Assembly (NCBI GenBank): GCA_963783535.1 | Contig: CAWANX010000001.1 | Location: 48,283-112,282, forward strand | Reading direction: 5' to 3' | Source of the DNA: an uncultured Alphaproteobacteria bacterium | GTDB lineage: Bacteria; Pseudomonadota; Alphaproteobacteria; Sphingomonadales; Sphingomonadaceae | Length of the DNA stretch: 64,000 nt | Shown here: positions 22,596-33,366 of the stretch, in pieces | Numbering within the stretch: position 1 is the stretch's first letter | Layout: each line of letters opens with the position of its first letter | Translations under genes and position numbers: made by a program | The notes under the pieces: generated by a model | What the model was told of the DNA's origin: nothing | Database searches by the model: none | The model's input: the letters and a program-made list of their open reading frames with translations, nothing else

Positions 22596-23951
22596 TCACC
22601 GCCAGGGCCTTCGCCGGAAAACATTACGCCGTCCTCGGCCTCGCGCGCAGCGGGCTGGCGACGGTCGAGGCGCTGCTGGCGAGTGGGGCGAGGGTCACGG
22701 CGTGGGATGACAAGCAGAGGCGCGCAATTGTTTCCCGCGAAGGCCGGGACCCAGCGCAGCGCGAAGCGCTGCTCCGCGCGGTCTGGATCCCGGCCTTCGC
22801 AGGGACACATCGAACTAACGAGGCCGACCTTACCCAATTCAACTCCATCGTCGTGACGCCCGGCCTCCCTCTCAACCGCCACCCGATAGCGAGCCGAGCC
22901 CGCGAGGCCGGCGTCGAGATCATCGGCGATATCGAGCTGTTCGCCCGGGCGCGGGCGGAGTTGCCGGCGCACAAGGTGGTCGGGATCACCGGCACCAACG
23001 GCAAGTCGACCACCACCGCGCTGGTCCACCACATCCTCCAGACCGCGGGCGTGCCGAGCCTGATGGGCGGCAATATCGGCCTGCCGATCCTGGCGCAGGA
23101 GCCGTTGCCGGAAGGCGGGGTCTATGTGCTGGAGTTGTCGAGCTACCAGCTCGACCTGACCAAGAGTCTCGACTGCGACGTCGCGGTGCTGCTCAACATC
23201 ACGCCCGATCATCTCGATCGGTATGAGAGCTTCGAGGCTTATGCGGCTTCAAAGGCGCGGCTGTTTGAGATGCAGTCATCGGAGCGGGCAGCAATTGTAG
23301 TCGGCAATGACGACGCAAGTAGGGAAATTGAGCGAAATTGTTCCCCTGCGACGTCAGCGGCCCAGTCCAGTGCGGCAGCGCTGCTATCGCAGCGGTCTGG
23401 ACTTCTGCCTTCGCAGGAGAACTGGCCTTCGCTTCAAGGCCCGCACAATCTTCAAAATGCTATTGCCGCATTGGCTGTATGCAGGGCGCTAGGCCTCGCC
23501 AATCGCGAGATTGAACAGGCGCCTCCGCACCTACCCCGGCCTTCCCCACCGCATGGAGCGCGTGGCCGAAAAGGACGGCGTCCTGTTCGTCAACGACAGC
23601 AAGGCGACTAATCCGACCGCGGCGGCACCGGCGCTGGCCGCTTTTCCGAAGATCCGCTGGATACTCGGCGGGCAGGCCAAGACCGACAATCTCGACGAAT
23701 GCGCAGCCCATTTCGGGCATGTGCGCAAGGCCTATACCATTGGCGAGGCGGGAGAAATGTTCGCGTCCCTCTTGTCCCAGCATATGGCCGTGGCAGAGTG
23801 CGTGACGCTGGACGCGGCGGTGAAGGCGGCGGCGGGCGAGGCGGAACCGGGGGACACGGTGCTTCTGTCGCCGGCCTGCGCTTCGTTCGACCAGTTCCGG
23901 GATTATGAGGCGCGCGGCGATGCGTTCCGCGCCGCGGTGGGGGAATTATGA
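22592..23951 (+). CDS. murD: UDP-MurNAc-L-Ala-D-Glu ligase (frameshift near 23515; internal repeat insertion)
   Basis: [44 protein letters not shown]. Confidence 0.94.
22729..22809. repeat. Family A palindromic repeat inside murD coding sequence
   Basis: Arms TGTTTCCCGCGAAGGCCGGGACCCAG / CTGGATCCCGGCCTTCGCAGGGACACA with central hairpin GCAGCGC-GAA-GCGCTGC; 81 nt. Confidence 0.85.
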
Positions 23952-23967
23952 ACCAGACGATCAGGTT

Positions 23968-25191
23968 ATGAGCACGACCATCACCGGCAGGATCAAGGCT
24001 GGGGCGGCGATGGTCGACCCGAGCCGTTACGGCCGATCGGACCGATCCACCGCGGCCCGCTGGTTCTGGGAAATCGACCGCATGCTGCTGTTGCTGCTCG
24101 CCGTGCTGATCGGGGTCGGGCTGATCGCGGTCGCCGCGGCGTCGCCGGCAGCCGCCCAGCGTTATTCGGGCGGTTCGGTGCGGTTCGACGAGCTTCATTA
24201 TTTCTACCGGCAGATCGCCTGGATCGCGCTTTCGATCCCGGTGATGATCGCGATTTCGATGCAGCCGCGCGAACGGCTTCGGCGGCTGTCGCTGGTCGGG
24301 GCACTGCTTTGCCTTGTCGCACTGGCGCTGGTGCCGTGGCTTGGCGCCGAGGTGAACGGGGCAAAGCGCTGGCTCAACCTTGGTATCGGCCAGTTCCAGC
24401 CGTCGGAATTCCTGAAGCCGTTTTTCGTCATATCGCTCGCCTGGCTGCTGAGCTTGCGCGAGATGGACAAGACGCTGCCGATCTTCACCTTCTCCGCGCT
24501 ACTGACCGGTCTGGCCGCCTTCCTGCTGATGCGCCAGCCCGATTTCGGTTCGACGATCATCTTCGCTGCGGTGTGGGTCGCCATGCTGGCAATCGCGGGG
24601 CTCAACTTGCGGATCCTCGTCGGGCTGGGAATCGCGGGAGTGGTGGGGGTCGTACTGGCCTATTTCTTCTATGACGTGGCGACGGCGCGCATCGACGGCT
24701 TCCTGTTCGGCGAAGGCGACAATTACCAGACCGAAAATGCGATGCGCACTCTGACCGCCGGCGGCCTGTTCGGCATGGGGCCGGGGGCGGGAACGCGCAA
24801 GTTCGGCCTGCCCGAGCCGCACACCGACTATATCTTCTCGGTGATTGGGGAGGAGTTTGGCCTGATCGCCTGCCTCGCCATCGCCCTGCTATACCTGGGT
24901 ATCGTCGTCAGGGTGCTGGTCAAGTTGCTGGACGAGGAATCCAGCTTCGCGATCCTCGCCGCCGCCGGCCTCGTGATCCAGTTCGGGCTGCAGGCGCTGA
25001 TCAACATGGCGGTGAACGTCCAGATCGCGCCGTCGAAGGGCATGACCCTGCCGTTCATCAGCTATGGCGGTTCGTCGATGCTGGCGCTGTCGATCGGCAT
25101 GGGATTGCTGCTCGCCTTCACGCGGCGAAACCCCTATCTGACGCGCTCGCCCTATGTGGTGAAATGGGGCGGGGAGAATTTGAGGGGATGA
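23968..25191 (+). CDS. ftsW: SEDS glycosyltransferase FtsW
   Basis: GAKRW, QPSEFLKP, QPDFG, LPEPHTDYIF, KGMTLPFISYGGSS. Confidence 0.95.
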   Translation: MSTTITGRIKAGAAMVDPSRYGRSDRSTAARWFWEIDRMLLLLLAVLIGVGLIAVAAASPAAAQRYSGGSVRFDELHYFYRQIAWIALSIPVMIAISMQPRERLRRLSLVGALLCLVALALVPWLGAEVNGAKRWLNLGIGQFQPSEFLKPFFVISLAWLLSLREMDKTLPIFTFSALLTGLAAFLLMRQPDFGSTIIFAAVWVAMLAIAGLNLRILVGLGIAGVVGVVLAYFFYDVATARIDGFLFGEGDNYQTENAMRTLTAGGLFGMGPGAGTRKFGLPEPHTDYIFSVIGEEFGLIACLAIALLYLGIVVRVLVKLLDEESSFAILAAAGLVIQFGLQALINMAVNVQIAPSKGMTLPFISYGGSSMLALSIGMGLLLAFTRRNPYLTRSPYVVKWGGENLRG

Positions 25192-26347
25192 ACATTACTT
25201 TAGCCGCCGGGGGCACCGGCGGGCACATGGTCCCGGCCCACGCGCTCGCCGCCGAGCTGAAGCGTCGCGGGCACGGCGTGATGCTGGTCACCGACGAGCG
25301 CGGGGCCAAGATCCCGGCGCTGTTCGAAGGCGTGCCGACGCATATCCTGCCGGCCGGAAGGCTGGGCGGCGGGCCGATCGGCTGGCTCAAGGCGGCGGGC
25401 GCCGTGCTTGCCGGGCGCCGGCAGGCCAAGGCGCTTTATCGCGAGTTCACGCCCGATGCGGTGGTCGGCTTCGGCGGTTATCCCGCTTTCCCGGCATTAC
25501 TCGCCGCAAGCGCGATCAATATCCCGACGATCCTTCACGAGCAGAATGCGGTCCTGGGGCGCGTCAACCGGCTGCTCGCCGGCAGCGCCGACGCCATTGC
25601 CACGGCCTATCCGGAAGTCGAGCGGCTGAAGCCCGGCCACCGGCGCAAGGTCGATCTGGTCGGCAATCCGGTGCGCGAGAATCGGTCGCTCGACTCGGGA
25701 ACCATGCCGTTCCCGGAATTCGACGAGACGGCACCGCTCAAGATCCTGATCACCGGCGGAAGCCAGGGCGCGACGGTGCTCGGCCGGGTCGTGCCCGATG
25801 CGCTTGGCATGCTTCCACCGAAGCTTCGCCACCGGCTGCAAGTCATCCAGCAGTGCCGGCCCGACGACATCGAAGCGGTCCGCAACCGCTATGCAGCGCT
25901 CAACATCCCGGCCGAGCTGCTGACCTATATCGAGGACATGCCCGACCGGCTCGCCGAAGCTCACCTGGTCATCGCCCGGGCGGGGGCCTCGACCATCGCC
26001 GAGCTGACCGCTGCGGGACGCCCCGCGATCCTCATCCCGCTGCCGATCGCGACCGACGACCACCAGACGGTCAATGCGCGCGAAATGGCCAAGGCCGGCG
26101 GGGCGCGGATGATCCCGCAGACCGAATTCACTCCCGAGGTGCTGGCGGCCCAGATCGAAGCGGTCGCCGGCGATCCGCAGGCACTGTCCAACGCCGCCGA
26201 GCGCGCCCTGTCGGTCGGCCGCCCGCACGCGACCAGCGACCTCGCCGACCTGGTTGAGCGGGTTGCGGGCGGGGTGGCGCCGCTGTTGGTCGGCCCGGCG
26301 CGGTCGCGACCGCCAGGCCCGCCATGGGGATGGGCGTCCCGGCATGA
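25188..26347 (+). CDS. murG: Lipid II GlcNAc transferase (3' frameshift; stop inferred at ATGA overlap with murC)
   Basis: [35 protein letters not shown], HQxxNA. Confidence 0.94.
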
Positions 26348-27797
26348 AGGCGATGGGCACCGAGATCGGGACGATTCACTTTGTCGGGATCGGCGGCATC
26401 GGCATGTCGGGCATCGCCGAGGTGATGCATCATCTGGGCTACAAGGTGCAGGGAAGCGACCAGAACGAGAGCTATGTCACCGAGGGGCTGCGAAAGGCCG
26501 GCATCCCGGTGATGATCGGCCAGAGCCCGGACAATCTTGGGGATGCCGCCGTAGTCGTCTGCTCGACGGCGATCCGCGAGGATAATCCCGAGGTCCAGGC
26601 AGCGGCCGAGCGGCGCCTGCCGCGGGTGCGCCGAGCCGAAATGCTCGCCGAATTGATGCGCATGCAGTCGACGATCGCGGTCGCCGGAACGCACGGCAAG
26701 ACTACCACCACTTCGATGATCGCTGCGATGCTCGACTCCGGCGGGATCGATCCGACGGTAATCAACGGCGGGGTGATCAACGCCTATGGCTCCAACGCCC
26801 GACTGGGCAAATCCGACTGGATGGTGGTCGAGGCCGACGAGAGCGACGGCAGTTTTTTGAGGCTAGATGGCACGATCGCCGTGGTCACCAACATCGATCC
26901 TGAGCATCTCGAGCATTACGGCGACTTCGAGCGGGTCAAGCAGGCCTATTGCGAATTCATCGAGAACGTACCCTTTTACGGCCTCGCGGTGATGTGCGTC
27001 GACCACCCCGAAGTGCAGGGGGTGCTGAGCCGCATCCGCGACCGCCGGGTGGTGACCTATGGCATGTCGGCGCTGGCCGACCTGCGCGCCGAGAATATCG
27101 AGCCCCTGAACGGCGGCAGCCGGTTCGATGTGTCGGTTCGCCAGCCCGATGGCGAGCGGCGGGTGATCGAAAACATATTCGTGCCGATGCCGGGCAGGCA
27201 TAATGTGCTGAACGCGCTGGCGGCGGTTGCGGTCGGGCTGGAATTCGGATTTGCCGACGACATCATCGCCAGGGGATTCGAGCGCTTCGCGGGGGTCAAG
27301 CGGCGCTTTACCCGGATCGGCGAGATCGACGGTGCGACCATCATCGACGATTATGCCCATCACCCGGTCGAGATCCGCTCGGTCCTGGCGGCTGCGCGTG
27401 AGGCGGCCGAAGAGCGGGTCATCGCGGTGGTGCAGCCGCACCGCTATACCAGGTTGCACGACCTGATGGACGACTTCCAGAACGCCTTCAACGACGCCGA
27501 CGTGGTGTTCGTCGCGCCGGTCTATGCCGCGGGCGAGGAGCCGATCGAGGGGATCAACGCCGAAGCGCTGGCTGAAGGATTGCGCTCGCACGGGCACCGG
27601 ATGGTGAAGACGGTCGATGGCCCGGCCGACCTTGCCCGGAACCTGCGCGATCTCGCCGCCGACGGCGATATCGTCATCTGCATGGGCGCGGGGGATATTA
27701 CCAAGTGGGCGGCCGGTCTGGCCGACGGGGTGGCCAAGGCGAGGAAGCTAAATCTCCCCTCCCGCACGCGGGAGGGGCGGGGAGGGCCTGTGCATGA
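26344..27797 (+). CDS. murC: UDP-MurNAc-L-Ala ligase (reads in frame into murB as assembled)
   Basis: [36 protein letters not shown]. End inferred. Confidence 0.93.
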
Positions 27798-27843
27798 CCG
27801 AACATGCCCTCCCCCCGACCCCCTCCCGCGAGCGGGAGGGGAG
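27754..27843. repeat. Palindromic repeat, family B (CCCCTCCCGCnnGCGGGAGGGG x2, inverted) at the murC/murB junction
   Basis: Two mutually inverted GC hairpins flanking TGTGCATGACCGAACAT. Confidence 0.85.
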
Positions 27844-28719
27844 TATGCCGTCCGCGGCAAGATCAAGGCCGACGCGCCCCTCGCTCCGCTCGTCTGGTTC
27901 AAGTCGGGCGGCAATGCCGAGCTGTTGTTCGAGCCCGCCGATCGCGACGACCTGGTAGATTTCCTGAAGGGTCTCGATCCCGAAACGCCGGTGATGGCGC
28001 TTGGCCTCGGTTCCAACATGATCGTCAGAGACGGCGGGGTGCCGGGTGTCACGGTGCGGCTCGGCAAGGCGTTCGCGAAGATCGAGCGGCTCGACGAGGT
28101 GACGCTCAAATGCGGTGGCGGGGCGAGCGGAATCCTGGTCTCCTCGACCGCGCGCGACACGGGGATCGCTGGGCTCGAATTCCTGCGCGGCATTCCCGGC
28201 ACGGTCGGCGGCTTCGTTCGAATGAACGGTGGGGCCTATGGCCGCGAGGTACAGGATATCCTGGTCAGCTGTACGCTGGTGCTTCACGACGGGACGGTCG
28301 AGGAGTGGCCGGCCGAGCGGCTAGGTTACACCTACCGCCACAGCGACCTTCCGGAAGGCGCGATCGTGATCGAGGCGGTCTTTCGCGGGATCGAGGGCGA
28401 TCCCCTGATTATCGGCCAGGAAATGGACCGTATTGCCGCGGCGCGCGAGGAAACGCAGCCATTGCGCAGCCGCACCGGCGGCTCGACCTTCAAAAATCCG
28501 CCGGGGCACAAGGCGTGGGCGCTGGTCGATGCCGCCGGATGCCGCGGCCTAAGGATCGGCGACGCGCAAGTGTCGGAGAAGCATTGCAATTTCCTGCTTA
28601 ATCTCGGTAACGCTAGCTCGTCCGACATCGAGGCATTGGGCGAGGAGGTCCGGCGCCGGGTGCAGGACAAGACCAACATCACCCTTGAATGGGAAATCCA
28701 GCGGATCGGAGTAGCTTAA
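27794..28719 (+). CDS. murB: UDP-GlcNAc-enolpyruvate reductase
   Basis: [45 protein letters not shown]. Start inferred. Confidence 0.93.
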
Positions 28720-28721
28720 GC

Positions 28722-29705
28722 GTGGCGGAACAGCTCGACAGAAACCTCAACATCGTCGTGCTGATGGGCGGCTGGTCATCCGAGCGGACGGTGTCGCTGA
28801 TGAGCGGCGAGGGCATCGTGAATGCTCTTAAGGAGCGCGGCTTCACCAACGTCACGCCGGTCGACATGGACCGTAACGTCGCGCAGGTGCTGGCCGGCAT
28901 TCGCCCCGACGTGGTGTTCAACGCGCTGCACGGGACGCCGGGCGAGGATGGGACCATCCAGGGCCTGCTCGACCTGATGCAGATCCCCTACACCCATAGC
29001 GGCCTCGAAACCTCGGTCATCGCCATCGACAAGGAGCTGACCAAGATGGTGCTGGTGCCGCACGGTATCCGCATGCCCAAGGGCAAGATCATCGAAAGCA
29101 GGACGCTCTACGAGGGTGACCCGATGGCGCGGCCCTATGTGCTGAAGCCGGTCAATGAAGGATCGTCGGTCGGTGTCGCCATCGTCACCGACGAAGGCAA
29201 TTACGGAAAGCCCATCAGCGCCAAGGCGGAAGGGCCGTGGATGCATTTCGAGCGGCTGCTGGCCGAGCCGTTCATCCGCGGGCGCGAATTGACTGTCGCC
29301 GTCCTGGCTGACGAGGCGCTGTGCGTTACCGAGCTGAAGCCCAAGGCCGGATTCTACGACTTTGACGCCAAATATACCGACGGCCTGACCGAGCATGTCT
29401 GCCCCGCCGAAATCCCGGCGGAGGTCGCCAGGGAAATGATGGACATGGCGCTCGCTGCCCACCGGCTGCTGGGTTGCAAGGGCGCGTCACGCAGCGATTT
29501 CCGCTGGGACGACACGCTGGGCGAGGCGGGCGTGTATCTGCTCGAGGTCAACACCCAACCGGGAATGACTCCGCTGAGCCTGGTTCCCGAACAGGCGAGG
29601 CAGAGGGGCATAAGCTATGGCGAGCTGGTCGAGCGGATCATCGCCGAAGCGCTCGCCGAGACGTCCGGCAAGTCCATGGCGCTCGAAGAGGCGAGGAGCG
29701 GGTGA
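28722..29705 (+). CDS. ddl: D-Ala-D-Ala ligase
   Basis: GGWSSERTVS, LHGTPGEDG, KPVNEGSS, EVNTQPGMT. Confidence 0.96.
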   Translation: MAEQLDRNLNIVVLMGGWSSERTVSLMSGEGIVNALKERGFTNVTPVDMDRNVAQVLAGIRPDVVFNALHGTPGEDGTIQGLLDLMQIPYTHSGLETSVIAIDKELTKMVLVPHGIRMPKGKIIESRTLYEGDPMARPYVLKPVNEGSSVGVAIVTDEGNYGKPISAKAEGPWMHFERLLAEPFIRGRELTVAVLADEALCVTELKPKAGFYDFDAKYTDGLTEHVCPAEIPAEVAREMMDMALAAHRLLGCKGASRSDFRWDDTLGEAGVYLLEVNTQPGMTPLSLVPEQARQRGISYGELVERIIAEALAETSGKSMALEEARSG

Positions 29706-30580
29706 GCGCGGCGCACGTCCGGCGGGGGGCGTCGGGCCGTTCGCGGAAGGGATCGTCGCGTGTCTCGGTGCCCAGGAAGCTGGCCGCCAAGCTTCCGGTC
29801 AAGGAAACCGAGGCCAATCGCCTGGCAGGCTGGGTTTTCGGGCTGTTCGTGCTGGCGATCGCCGGCGTCGCGCTGGTCGCGCTCGATGTGCCGAACAAGG
29901 TCGCGCTTGCCGCGGGCGAGGCGGTCGGTGATGCCGGGTTCCGGGTCAAGAGCGTCGATATCCAGGGCATCCGCCAGATGGACCCGCGGCCGGTCTATGA
30001 CATCGCGCTCGATCAGAAGACGACCGCCATGCCGCTGCTCGACGTTGGCGACATCCGCAGCCGTCTGCTCCAGTTCGGCTGGGTCAAGGATGCGCGCGTA
30101 TCCCGCCGTTTCCCCGACACGCTGGTAATCGACATCGTCGAGCGAACGCCCGCGGCGCTGTGGCAGGACGACCAACGGCTGTCCCTGATCGACGCCGAGG
30201 GTGTGGTGCTCGACCGGGTCCAGGTCAGTCAGATGCCGGATCTTCCGCTGCTGATCGGCAAGGGCGCCAATGCTCAGGCCATGCCGCTCGAGCGGCTGCT
30301 GGATCAAGTGCCGGCGCTCAAGGCCCAGTTGGTGTCCGCTACCTGGGTCGGCCAGCGCCGCTGGGACCTGAGTTTCCAGTCCGGCGAAACCGTCGCGCTT
30401 CCCGAAGGCGAGCCGCTGGCCAGCGCCGCTTTGGTCAAGTTCGCCAAAATGGACAAGTCAGCGGGGCTGCTCGGCCGCGGAATGCTTCGTTTCGACCTGC
30501 GAATTCCCGGCAAGATGACCGTCCGGCTGCCCCGCGAACCCGGCGAGCCGATCGTTCCCGAACCCGTTTCCGAGAGTTAA
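29702..30580 (+). CDS. ftsQ: Cell division protein FtsQ
   Basis: TM segment plus POTRA (WVKDARVSRRFPDTL..ERTP), RRWDL, DLR. Confidence 0.93.
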   Translation: MSAAHVRRGASGRSRKGSSRVSVPRKLAAKLPVKETEANRLAGWVFGLFVLAIAGVALVALDVPNKVALAAGEAVGDAGFRVKSVDIQGIRQMDPRPVYDIALDQKTTAMPLLDVGDIRSRLLQFGWVKDARVSRRFPDTLVIDIVERTPAALWQDDQRLSLIDAEGVVLDRVQVSQMPDLPLLIGKGANAQAMPLERLLDQVPALKAQLVSATWVGQRRWDLSFQSGETVALPEGEPLASAALVKFAKMDKSAGLLGRGMLRFDLRIPGKMTVRLPREPGEPIVPEPVSES

Positions 30581-30590
30581 GCAGCAGTAG

Positions 30591-31847
30591 ATGTCCGCCG
30601 TTTCCGACCAACCCCTAATTGCAGCGCTCGACATTGGCTCGTCCAAGGTCACCGCGCTGATCGTTACTCGCGACGCCGACGGGCGCTTACGCGTGCTTGG
30701 CACCGGTCAACGGGAAAGCCGCGGGGTCAAGCGCGGCTATGTCACGGACATGGAGGCAAGCGAGGTCGCGGTCCGTGAGGCGGTCGAAATCGCCGAGCGC
30801 ATCTCGGGCGTGACCATTGACGACGTCTGGGCAAGTTTTGCCGCTGGCGGGCTGGTCAGTGACATTGCCAATGTCGAGGTCGAGCTGGGCGGGCACCAGG
30901 TCGAACAGTCGGACATCGATCAACTGCTGGTGACGGGCAAGAATGCGATCGACCGCAACGGGCAGGTGGTGCTCCACGCGCATCCCGCGCTGTACACCAT
31001 TGACGGGGTCGAGGGCGTCCATCACCCGATCGGACTTCACGCCGACCGGCTAGGGGTGGATATCCATGTCCTCGCGGCCGACCCGGCGCCGCTCCGCAAT
31101 ATCGACTATGTCATCCGCTCGGCCCACCTCGGGGTCCGGGCCATCGTCGCTTCCCCGGTGGCGGCGGCGCTGTCGTGCCTGACGGCAGAAGAGCGCGAGT
31201 TGGGCGTCGCGCTCGTCGAGCTTGGCGCGGAAGTCACCAATGTCTCCCTTCACGCGGGCGGAATGCTGGTCGGGCTGCGTTCGATTCCCTTGGGCGCCAA
31301 GGACATCACCGACGACATTGCCTGCGCCTTTGGAGTCCAACGGCGAGAAGCGGAGCGGATGAAATGCCGCTTCGGTTCGGCGATGACCTCCCCACGCGAC
31401 AATCATGAGATGGTCGAGGCGACGCCGATCGGCGGCGACGACGGAGGGGAGCCGCTGCGCATCACCCATGCCCAGCTGATCACGGTTATTCGACAGCGGA
31501 CCGAAGAGATCACCAACGAGATTGAAAAGGCGCTGAAGGAACTCGGGTTCGGCGGTCCGGTCGGACGGCAGGTGGTTCTGACCGGCGGCGGGGCGGAGCT
31601 CAAGAACCTCGCCGATTACATGCAGGGCGTGCTTGGAAGGGCGGTCCGTGTCGGCCGTCCGAAGACCATCACCGGCCTGCCCGAGGCGCATAGCGGTCCG
31701 GCCTTTTCGACCCTGGTGGGCCTTGCGATGCTGGCCGGAAGCGGCAGCGGCGACATCCGCGACCTGGCGATGGGTGGCGGTAAGGAGCGCAGGCCCGCGA
31801 CAGGGATGCTCGGCCGCTTGATCTCCGCCATGCGCGGCGGGTTTTAG
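30591..31847 (+). CDS. ftsA: Cell division protein FtsA
   Basis: LDIGSSKV, VLTGGG, VRVGRP, amphipathic C-terminal helix. Confidence 0.95.
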   Translation: MSAVSDQPLIAALDIGSSKVTALIVTRDADGRLRVLGTGQRESRGVKRGYVTDMEASEVAVREAVEIAERISGVTIDDVWASFAAGGLVSDIANVEVELGGHQVEQSDIDQLLVTGKNAIDRNGQVVLHAHPALYTIDGVEGVHHPIGLHADRLGVDIHVLAADPAPLRNIDYVIRSAHLGVRAIVASPVAAALSCLTAEERELGVALVELGAEVTNVSLHAGGMLVGLRSIPLGAKDITDDIACAFGVQRREAERMKCRFGSAMTSPRDNHEMVEATPIGGDDGGEPLRITHAQLITVIRQRTEEITNEIEKALKELGFGGPVGRQVVLTGGGAELKNLADYMQGVLGRAVRVGRPKTITGLPEAHSGPAFSTLVGLAMLAGSGSGDIRDLAMGGGKERRPATGMLGRLISAMRGGF

Positions 31848-31858
31848 TTTCCAAGCTT

Positions 31859-31940
31859 CGTTTTTCCCGCGAAAGCTGGAATCCCGCTGGCTTTGGGGTG
31901 TGGGAAGATTAGCGGGGTCCCCGCGTCCGCGGGGACGATG
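31859..31940. repeat. Family A palindromic repeat (degenerate)
   Basis: TTTCCCGCGAAAGCTGGAATCCCGCT...AGCGGGGTCCCCGCGTCCGCGGGGACGA, between ftsA and the MFS gene. Confidence 0.75.
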
Positions 31941-31958
31941 GACTTGGGGGGACTTTCG

Positions 31959-33179
31959 ATGGCCACAATTGCCCGGGCGAATGGCGTGACCCGTGCGCTG
32001 GTGATCATGCTCGGCGCGGCGGTGTTCCTCAACTATGTCGACCGCGGCGCGATCGCGGTGGCGGCGCCCCTGATGAAGGGCGAGCTGGGCCTCTCCGCGA
32101 CCGAATTCGGGACGGCAGTTTCGGCCTTTTTCTGGATCTATGCGCCGGTGCAGATGCTCGCCGGCTGGTTGTGCGATCGCTTCTCGGTCTACCGGCTGAT
32201 GGCGATCGGCGTAATCGTCTGGTCGGCAAGCACGCTGCTGATGGGATTTGCCGGCGGGTTCGTTTCGCTGCTGGTCCTTCGAGTGATGCTGGGACTGGGC
32301 GAAAGCATCGCCTTCCCTGGTAGCTCGAAGATCATCGCCCAGCATGTCCCGCCCGAGCGGCGCGGCATCGCCAACGCCTCGGTCGCGATGGGGATCGCTC
32401 TTGGCCCGGCGGTTGGGACGCTGGCCGGCGGATTAATCCTGGCCAGTCTCGGTTGGCGGGCGATCTTCATTGCGTTTGGCCTGGCGACGCTCTTCTGGCT
32501 GGTGCCTTGGCAGCGGGTCGTGGCCGCATTGCCGGCGCGGCCGGAAGGTCCTGCCGAGCCGATGATCCCGGTGCGCAAGCTGATCGGCCGCTGGTCGCTA
32601 TGGTCGATGAGCATCGGTCATGCCGCGGGCAATTACAGCTTTTACTTCATGCTTGCCTTCCTGCCGCTCTACCTGGTGCAGGAGCGCGGTTTCTCAATCA
32701 CCGAAATGACCCTGATTGCAACGCTCGGCTACGCGGTGCAGGCGGTAGCAGCGCTGACGCTCGGCCATTTGTCCGACCGCTGGACCCGCTCGGGCCGGTC
32801 GGAGGCAGTGATCCGGCGCTGGATGCTGGGCGTCGGACAGCTGGTCGCGGCGGGCTGCATCCTGGGCGTGGCGGCCAGCGATGACCGTCTGATCATCGCG
32901 CTGCTCTTGTGCCTGGCCGGGATTGCCACGGCGTCGCTGTCGATGAACCTTTATGCCGTGGCCCAGATGTTCGCGGGTCCCCGCGCGGCGGGAACCTGGA
33001 TCGGCGTTCAGAATGCCCTCGGCAACACGTCGGGCATAATCGGTCCGATCATTTCGGGGATGTTGATCGACCGCGCCGGCTATGGCAGCGCCTTCTCGCT
33101 GGCTGCGGCCATCGCCGCATTCGGCGGAATCTGGTGGGCAATCGCAATCCCGCGAATCGCCCAAGTAAAAGTCGATTGA
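31959..33179 (+). CDS. MFS transporter (ACS-like)
   Basis: LNYVDR, GWLCDRF, RVMLGLGES, ERRGIAN, 12-TM pattern. Confidence 0.9.
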   Translation: MATIARANGVTRALVIMLGAAVFLNYVDRGAIAVAAPLMKGELGLSATEFGTAVSAFFWIYAPVQMLAGWLCDRFSVYRLMAIGVIVWSASTLLMGFAGGFVSLLVLRVMLGLGESIAFPGSSKIIAQHVPPERRGIANASVAMGIALGPAVGTLAGGLILASLGWRAIFIAFGLATLFWLVPWQRVVAALPARPEGPAEPMIPVRKLIGRWSLWSMSIGHAAGNYSFYFMLAFLPLYLVQERGFSITEMTLIATLGYAVQAVAALTLGHLSDRWTRSGRSEAVIRRWMLGVGQLVAAGCILGVAASDDRLIIALLLCLAGIATASLSMNLYAVAQMFAGPRAAGTWIGVQNALGNTSGIIGPIISGMLIDRAGYGSAFSLAAAIAAFGGIWWAIAIPRIAQVKVD

Positions 33180-33366
33180 CGTTAACCTTATCGACTGGCT
33201 CCGTTTTGACCTGTTGTTCCATTTTGAATCATGTGAGTTTGGAGGGCAACGATCCGCGGATTTTTTCGTTTGTCGTTAACTTTTCCGCTTGTCGTGAGAC
33301 CTGGGATAATTCATTGATTCTCGTTGATGGTTCAACGCGCTAGCTGCGCAGGGAGGGGTTTGGTCC

